From Dehalococcoidia bacterium (GTDB lineage: Bacteria; Chloroflexota; Dehalococcoidia; DATDQG01), in contig DATDQG010000028.1 of the NCBI GenBank assembly GCA_035292365.1, forward strand, positions 1-48,822: 48,822 nucleotides of DNA. The letters are read 5' to 3'. The position numbers and the translations under genes were made by a program. How positions within the stretch are numbered: position 1 is the first letter of the stretch; the number at the start of each line of letters is the position of its first letter. Under the pieces are notes generated by a model that saw only the letters and a list, made by a program, of their open reading frames with translations, was not told the origin of the DNA and did not search any database. Below, one piece after another: positions 43,718-48,822 of this stretch.

Positions 43718-44620
43718 ATGGCCCGCCTTCGTATCGGCACCTGCTCCTGGACAGACAAGCCGCTGATCGAGTCGGGCGCGTTCTACCCGCGGCACGTCCG
43801 CGGCGCCGAGGCGCTCCTGCGCTACTACGGCACCCAGTTCGACCTCGTCGAGGTCGACAGCACCTACTATGGGATCCCGCTCCCCCGCAACGCCGAGCAA
43901 TGGGTGGAGCGTACGCCGGAAGACTTCCAGTTCGACGTTAAGGCCTTCCGTCTCTTCACGTTGCATCAAACCCCGGTCCAGGTCTTCCCGAGAGACATCC
44001 GCGACGCGCTGCCGCCAAGCACGCGGCGCAGCGTCTTCTACGCCGACATCCCCACGGAGCTCCGGGACGAGCTCTGGCGTCGCTTTCTGGATGCGGTCCA
44101 GTCCTTGGTCACTGCTCGCAAGCTCGGCGTGGTGTTGCTCCAGTTCCCGCCTTGGGTGGAGCCGGCGCCTCACTTCGAGCAGCACATCGCCGACTGCTCG
44201 GCGCGGCTGGAGGGCGTGCAGGTCGCCGTCGAGTTCCGCCACCGGGGGTGGCTCGTGGGCGAGCAGCTGGAGCGGACGCTGGCGTTTCTAGACGAGCATC
44301 GCCTCGCCTTCGTGGCCGTCGACTCGCCGCAAGGGTTCGAGTCGAGCCTGCCGCCCATCGCCACCGCGACCGCGCCGGTCGCCGTGGTGCGGTTCCATGG
44401 TCGCAACACCGCCACATGGGCAGGGCCGAGCGCCAGCTCCGCGGAGCGCTTCGACTGGTGGTACACGGACGAAGAGCTCGCACAGTGGGTGCCGCGTATC
44501 GAGGAGCTAATGGACCGCGCCCAAGAGGTCCACCTACTCATGAACACGAATAACCAGAACCAGGGGCCTGAGAACGCGCAGCGGCTCAGGCGGGTGCTTG
44601 AGCAGGCGCGGCTACTCTAG
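43718..44620 (+). CDS. DUF72 (YecE-like) family protein
   Basis: The pattern IGTCSWTDK..FYP..LRYYGTQFDLVEVDSTYYGIP..W...P..F.F.VK is characteristic of DUF72. Confidence 0.85.
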   Translation: MARLRIGTCSWTDKPLIESGAFYPRHVRGAEALLRYYGTQFDLVEVDSTYYGIPLPRNAEQWVERTPEDFQFDVKAFRLFTLHQTPVQVFPRDIRDALPPSTRRSVFYADIPTELRDELWRRFLDAVQSLVTARKLGVVLLQFPPWVEPAPHFEQHIADCSARLEGVQVAVEFRHRGWLVGEQLERTLAFLDEHRLAFVAVDSPQGFESSLPPIATATAPVAVVRFHGRNTATWAGPSASSAERFDWWYTDEELAQWVPRIEELMDRAQEVHLLMNTNNQNQGPENAQRLRRVLEQARLL

Positions 44621-44702
44621 GCGGAGTTCCTGTCGTAGCGCCGGGGCGCCCGTTGCAACGGAGTCGGTTCGACGCCCGAAGGTGCGCGATCAGGCGGGCT
44701 GG

Positions 44703-45467
44703 CTACACCATCGGCCAGGGCACCGAGCGCCTGTTCGGCGCGGGCTCAGGGAAGACCGGTCGCTCCAGCAACGCCTGACAGCGGCGCGCCAGGGCGGCCA
44801 TCTCGGCCGGCTCCAAAAGCGACCCGAGCTCGGCGACAAACGACGGGTCCGTTGCCAGACCTTGTGAGAGCCGCTCTAGGTCCTCCACCAGAGCGTCCGG
44901 GACCCGCTCTCCCACGAAGTCCCAGATGACGGTCCGCAGCTTCGGCTCGACGTGAAACGTGAGTCCGTGGTCGATCGCCCAGACCCGCCCGTCCTCGCCC
45001 AGCAAGCAATGGCCGGCCTTGCGGTCTGCGTTGTTCGTGAGGAGGTCGAAGAGAGCAACGGCCTGCACCTCCGCGACGCGCTCGTGGCGGAATGTGAGGT
45101 AATGGGCACCGGAAACGCTCGGGATATAGCACTGCACGGCCCCCATGCCGTGGGGGCCTTCGCGGGCGACCGTCGGGGGGATGGCCGGCCAGCCTAGGGC
45201 CCGGCTCAGCCGGAAGGAGGCGACCTCGCGGCGGTAGAGGCTACCGCTGGGGAAGTCCCAAAGCGGCGCTTCGCCCCGCTGTGGCTTGTAGACGGCCAGG
45301 CCCTGGCCGGCCGCACCGCCATCGAGCTCAAGGAGGAAAACCTCGTTCGAGCCAGAGGCGAGCCAGCGGCTACCCACCACAGGGGCGCTGGTGAGCAGAT
45401 TAAGGATGTGAGGGTCGTCAGGCCGCCACGGGCTTGCTGGAGGCGACGTCCACCCGTTCGTGCTCAC
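44703..45467 (-). CDS. SCO1664-family protein (PI3/PI4-kinase-like fold, uncharacterised)
   Basis: GTG at 45467 overlaps the DUF3090 stop as GTGA. The pattern ..LASGSNEVFLLELDG..AVYKPQRGEAPLWDFP.GSLYRREVA.. is as I recall for the SCO1664 family. Confidence 0.7.
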   Translation of the reverse strand: MSTNGWTSPPASPWRPDDPHILNLLTSAPVVGSRWLASGSNEVFLLELDGGAAGQGLAVYKPQRGEAPLWDFPSGSLYRREVASFRLSRALGWPAIPPTVAREGPHGMGAVQCYIPSVSGAHYLTFRHERVAEVQAVALFDLLTNNADRKAGHCLLGEDGRVWAIDHGLTFHVEPKLRTVIWDFVGERVPDALVEDLERLSQGLATDPSFVAELGSLLEPAEMAALARRCQALLERPVFPEPAPNRRSVPWPMV

Positions 45468-45997
45468 AAGTAATCGCCGGGGGGGTGGCCATTGGCGCGG
45501 GGGCAGATGTGCGGCACGCCCTCCTCGAGCGGCCCGTTGCACAAGTTGCAGCGCGGCCGGCCCGCGGCCAAGACTTCGCCGATGCGGAGGGCGAGGGCTT
45601 CCATCTGCACGCGTGTAGCCCGGCAGGCCAGCACGGGAACGCCCGCGTCCGAGGCCTCCGCGTCGCCCGTGACGAGCGCGATGAGGTCGCGCTGCGCGTC
45701 GTAGCCAAGGGTGAGGCGGCCCGCCCGGAACTCGGCCTCCGGCCGCGAGGTGGGATCGGGATCGCGGTCAAGCCCAGCCACGGGCGCCGTCGGCTCCGCG
45801 TCGAGGAACAGCTTGCCTTCGAGGCTGGCGAGGACCTGCCTCGTCGCCAGGCCAAGCGCCTCCAGTTGGTCGCGGTCTATCCACACGCGCGCCCAGACGT
45901 TGTTGTCGCTCACGAGGAGGTAAAAACGGCGCTGCCCAGGCTCCCCCTGCGCCGACGCCGTGAGGCGCGTCAAGCTGTCGAACTCGATGGGAGGCAT
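45464..45997 (-). CDS. DUF3090-family protein
   Basis: ATG at 45997 follows GAGGTGG. The N-terminus MPPIEFDSLTRLTASAQGEPGQRRFYL and the C-terminal Cys cluster CNLCNGPLEEGVPHICP are typical of DUF3090. Confidence 0.75.
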   Translation of the reverse strand: MPPIEFDSLTRLTASAQGEPGQRRFYLLVSDNNVWARVWIDRDQLEALGLATRQVLASLEGKLFLDAEPTAPVAGLDRDPDPTSRPEAEFRAGRLTLGYDAQRDLIALVTGDAEASDAGVPVLACRATRVQMEALALRIGEVLAAGRPRCNLCNGPLEEGVPHICPRANGHPPGDYL

Positions 45998-46059
45998 AGC
46001 CACCTCACAGGATGCTCCCCATCTTGCCACGAAAGCGGTGGGTGGGCAATGGACGTGCG

Positions 46060-46089
46060 TTGACGCTTTCAGAAAGCGCACTTTACAAT
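46060..46089 (+). promoter_or_regulatory. Sigma70-like promoter upstream of the receiver-like gene
   Basis: TTGACG (46060-46065), an 18-nt spacer, then TACAAT (46084-46089). Confidence 0.45.
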
Positions 46090-46116
46090 GATATCGCTGC
46101 CAGGCAAGGAGGCATC

Positions 46117-46485
46117 GTGTCTCAGGCGCTAGTGCTCGTGCTGAACAACAACCTCTTCTTTCGGTTTCCCATTGAGGACGCTCTCGCAAGGCAGGGACGC
46201 CGGGGCGCGTTCGCTCAGACCGACGCTCGCTTCGCCGAGGCGCTGGGCGCGGAGCGGCCCGATCTGGCCATCATCGACCTCGAGACCCGGGGCGCCGACT
46301 GGGCTGCCTGCGTCCGCCAGGCCGCCGAGGCCGGTGTTCCTGTCATCGCCTTCGGCCCGCACGACGACCTCGAGGCGCGCGCCACGGCACTGGCGGCCGG
46401 GGCCCGCGCCGTCTACGCCAAGTCCAAGTTCCACGCCGACTTGCCCGCTCTGTTGGACCGTCACATCGCGCATGTAGCCCCTTAG
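46117..46485 (+). CDS. Stand-alone receiver-like protein with a degenerate acidic pocket (pseudo-receiver?)
   Basis: GTG at 46117 follows AAGGAGG. The layout is REC-like (LVLVLNNN..PDLAIIDLE..VIAFGPH..). The N-terminal DD pair is replaced by NN, and the usual K-P is absent. Confidence 0.6.
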   Translation: MSQALVLVLNNNLFFRFPIEDALARQGRRGAFAQTDARFAEALGAERPDLAIIDLETRGADWAACVRQAAEAGVPVIAFGPHDDLEARATALAAGARAVYAKSKFHADLPALLDRHIAHVAP

Positions 46486-46540
46486 GGGGCATTTTTCGTT
46501 CGCGCACAAGTTTCCCATCCCAGCCTGCAAGGGAGCCATC

Positions 46541-48822
46541 ATGACCTTATCTGCTCATGCTCAGCAGGAGATCCCGAAGGCCTACAACCACCAGGACGTG
46601 GAGGGCAAGTGGTACCGCTTTTGGGAGGAAAGCGGTTATTTCCGGCCTGTTGCCCCAAATGGGAAGGAACCTTTCGTCGTTATCCTGCCGCCGCCCAACG
46701 TCACGGGCGAACTCCATCTCGGGCATGCGCTGACGGCGGCGATCGAGGATGCCTTGGTCCGCTGGCACCGCATGCGCGGCGAGCCCACCCTCTGGCTCCC
46801 AGGCGAGGACCACGCCGGCATCGCCGCCCAGGTCGTGGTCGAGCAGCAGATCGCCAAGGAGGAGCGAGGCCTGACCCGCCATCTCCTCGGGCGTGACCTC
46901 TTCCTGCAGCGGATGTGGCAATGGATGGGCACCTATCGGTCCATCATCGCCGAGCAGCACAAGCGGCTGGGCGCCTCGCTCGACTGGTCCCGCGAGCGCT
47001 TCACCCTCGATGACGGGCCGGTCCGCGCAGTGCGCACGACGTTCGTCCGGCTCTATCACCGCGGCCTCATCTACCGCGGCGAGCGGATGATCAACTGGTG
47101 CCCCCGCTGCGCGACCGTCCTCTCCGACCTCGAAGTGGACCACCAGGAGCTCGATAGCCACCTCTGGTACGTCCGCTATCCGCTGGAAGGTGAGCCGGAG
47201 CGTTTTGTCACCGTGGCCACCACGCGTCCGGAGACGATCCTCGGGGACACTGCGGTGGCGGCGCATCCTGACGATTCACGCTACCGGGAGCTCATCGGCC
47301 GGCGGGTTGTCCTGCCCATCATTGGACGTCCCATTCCCATCATTGGCGACGAGGCCATCGACCCCGTCTTCGGCACCGGCGCGCTCAAGGTGACGCCGGC
47401 CCACGATCCGGTGGACTTTGAGATCGCCCAGCGCCACAAGCTTCCTGCCATCGACACGATGAACCTCGACGCGACGATGAACGCGGAAGCGGGCCCGTAC
47501 GAGGGCATGGACCGCTTCGCCTGCCGCGATACCATCGTCCGCGACTTGGAGCTGGCCGGGCTCTTGGACCATATCGAGCCTTACCGCCACGCCGTCGGAC
47601 ACTGCGACCGCTGCGACACTGTCGTCGAGCCGCGCGTCGGTCTGCAGTGGTGGGTCCGTACGGGGCCGCTGGCGGAGCCGGCTCTGCGCGTCGTGCGCGA
47701 TGGCGAGATCCGCATCGTGCCGGATCACTTCGCCCGCACCTACGAGCACTGGATGGAGAACATCCGCGACTGGTGCATCAGCCGGCAGCTCTGGTGGGGC
47801 CATCGCATCCCCGTCTGGTACTGCGCCGACTGTGGGCGGGAGACCGTGCCGCCGCTGGACGATCCCATGCGCGACCCGGAGCGCTGCGCCCATTGCGGCT
47901 CGGAGCACCTGGAACAGGACCCCGACGTGCTCGATACCTGGTTCTCGTCCGGCCTGTGGCCCCACTCTACTCTTGGCTGGCCAGACGACACGGAGGACCT
48001 CCGCAGGTTCTACCCAACGTCGGTCATGGAGACGGGCTACGACATCCTCTTCTTCTGGGTGGCCCGCATGATCATGATGGGCCTCGCCAACACGGGTCAG
48101 ATCCCCTTCCACACGGTCTACCTTCATGGCCTGATCCGAGACGAGAAGGGCGACAAGATGAGCAAGTCCCGAGGCAACGTCATCAGCCCGGACGAGCTCA
48201 TCCAGCGCTATGGCGCCGATGCGCTGCGCTTCGCTCTCCTGACGGGGAACACGCCCGGCAACGACCTGCGGGTGAGCCACGGCCGCGTCGAGGCAGCGCG
48301 CAACTTCGCCAACAAGCTGTGGAACGCCACACGCTATGTCTTGGGGCAGATCGACGGGCGAGTCGACCCGGCCGATGCCTACATCCCCACTCGTCCGCTC
48401 GAAGACCGCTGGATACTGAGCCGCCTCGACCGAGCTACCGAGACCGTCAACCGGATGCTCGCCGATTTCCAGCTCGGCGAGGCGCAGCGCCACCTCTACG
48501 ACTTCATTTGGGGCGAGTTCTGCGACTGGTACATCGAGCTCACCAAGGTGCCGCGCGCGGATGGCGTCCCCTCGCCCCTGCCCGTGCTCGTGGCGACGTT
48601 GGAGCAAATCCTACGCCTGCTCCACCCCTTCATGCCTTTCCTCACCGAAGAGCTTTGGCAAGCGCTTCGTGAGCGCGCCGGACTCGAAGGTGAGGCCCTC
48701 ATCATCGCCCCGTATCCGGAGCCGCAGCCGTCGCGGCGGGACCCTGAAGGGGAGGCGGCCCTCGACCTCGTGACCGACCTCATCCGCGGACTACGCAATA
48801 TCCGCGGCGAGTTCCGCATCGC
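46541..48822 (+). CDS. valS: Valine--tRNA ligase, N-terminal ~760 codons; the 3' end lies outside the window
   Basis: ATG at 46541 follows GGGAG. I translated it by hand: MTLSAHAQQEIPKAYNHQDVEGKWYRFWEESGYFRP..PPPNVTGELHLGHAL (HIGH motif), with DKMSKSRGN (KMSKS) near 48152-48178. The frame is open to the window end, which is why it is missing from the ORF track. Confidence 0.95.
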   Translation, partial: MTLSAHAQQEIPKAYNHQDVEGKWYRFWEESGYFRPVAPNGKEPFVVILPPPNVTGELHLGHALTAAIEDALVRWHRMRGEPTLWLPGEDHAGIAAQVVVEQQIAKEERGLTRHLLGRDLFLQRMWQWMGTYRSIIAEQHKRLGASLDWSRERFTLDDGPVRAVRTTFVRLYHRGLIYRGERMINWCPRCATVLSDLEVDHQELDSHLWYVRYPLEGEPERFVTVATTRPETILGDTAVAAHPDDSRYRELIGRRVVLPIIGRPIPIIGDEAIDPVFGTGALKVTPAHDPVDFEIAQRHKLPAIDTMNLDATMNAEAGPYEGMDRFACRDTIVRDLELAGLLDHIEPYRHAVGHCDRCDTVVEPRVGLQWWVRTGPLAEPALRVVRDGEIRIVPDHFARTYEHWMENIRDWCISRQLWWGHRIPVWYCADCGRETVPPLDDPMRDPERCAHCGSEHLEQDPDVLDTWFSSGLWPHSTLGWPDDTEDLRRFYPTSVMETGYDILFFWVARMIMMGLANTGQIPFHTVYLHGLIRDEKGDKMSKSRGNVISPDELIQRYGADALRFALLTGNTPGNDLRVSHGRVEAARNFANKLWNATRYVLGQIDGRVDPADAYIPTRPLEDRWILSRLDRATETVNRMLADFQLGEAQRHLYDFIWGEFCDWYIELTKVPRADGVPSPLPVLVATLEQILRLLHPFMPFLTEELWQALRERAGLEGEALIIAPYPEPQPSRRDPEGEAALDLVTDLIRGLRNIRGEFRI

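Noticed and set aside
46486-46540. T-box leader upstream of valS
   Set aside because: The intergenic region is only 55 nt, far too short for a T-box (about 200 nt or more).
46547-48607. Minus-strand ORFs 46547-47266 and 47276-48607, and the 341-aa + ORF 47647-48672 in another frame
   Set aside because: All overlap the valS reading frame, which has HIGH and KMSKS motifs. Their translations are low-complexity.

Overview
This is a gene-dense, high-GC bacterial chromosomal window (roughly mid-60s % GC by eye). The taxon cannot be determined from the sequence alone. An NxrB-like beta subunit, a DUF3090/SCO1664 gene pair and many GAF/PAS kinases fit a Chloroflexota/Thermomicrobia-like or actinobacterial-like genome.

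Main content, in order:
- 1-4.7 kb: the 3' part of a type II DMSO-reductase-family molybdoenzyme operon. It comprises a NarG/NxrA/EbdA-like alpha subunit (partial), a 4-cluster Fe-S beta subunit, an EbdC/NxrC-like gamma subunit and a NarJ/TorD-like chaperone. A histidine-free polytopic membrane protein follows.
- About 5.8-8.8 kb: a lower-GC patch with an orphan 334-aa protein, an SDR and a UPF0016/GDT1-type transporter. The transporter has a 290-nt leader that looks like a yybP-ykoY (Mn) riboswitch.
- 8.8-17 kb: housekeeping and signalling genes, namely acnA, a NarL-type two-component pair, fhs and a short acyl-CoA dehydrogenase-like gene.
- 17.1-19.9 kb: a 2.7-kb integrase-less islet bounded by 45-bp direct repeats of the 3' half of tRNA-Arg(TCT). 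It carries a processive GT2 glycan synthase.
- 20.07-20.44 kb: a near-consensus promoter followed by two ~78-nt copies, 180 nt apart, of a structured RNA resembling GEMM-I (c-di-GMP-I) riboswitches. The element lies upstream of an orphan OmpR-type regulator.
- 21.4-23.8 kb: proA and a Tat-lipoprotein NirK.
- 24-31 kb: a co-directional stress/signalling block. It contains a tandem USP, a SHOCT protein, a single REC, a GAF-PAS-HK-REC-wHTH single-polypeptide two-component system and a LonC-like protease.
- 31-48.8 kb: transporters, a low-GC two-gene cassette downstream of gmk, and a translationally coupled M50-HD-tyrA-aroA-gmk operon. Membrane/lipid genes, a DUF3090/SCO1664 pair and a pseudo-receiver follow. 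The 5' 2.28 kb of valS runs off the window and is absent from the ORF track.

No CRISPR array, transposase, integrase or rRNA was seen. All family assignments come from motif recognition by eye; no database search was run.
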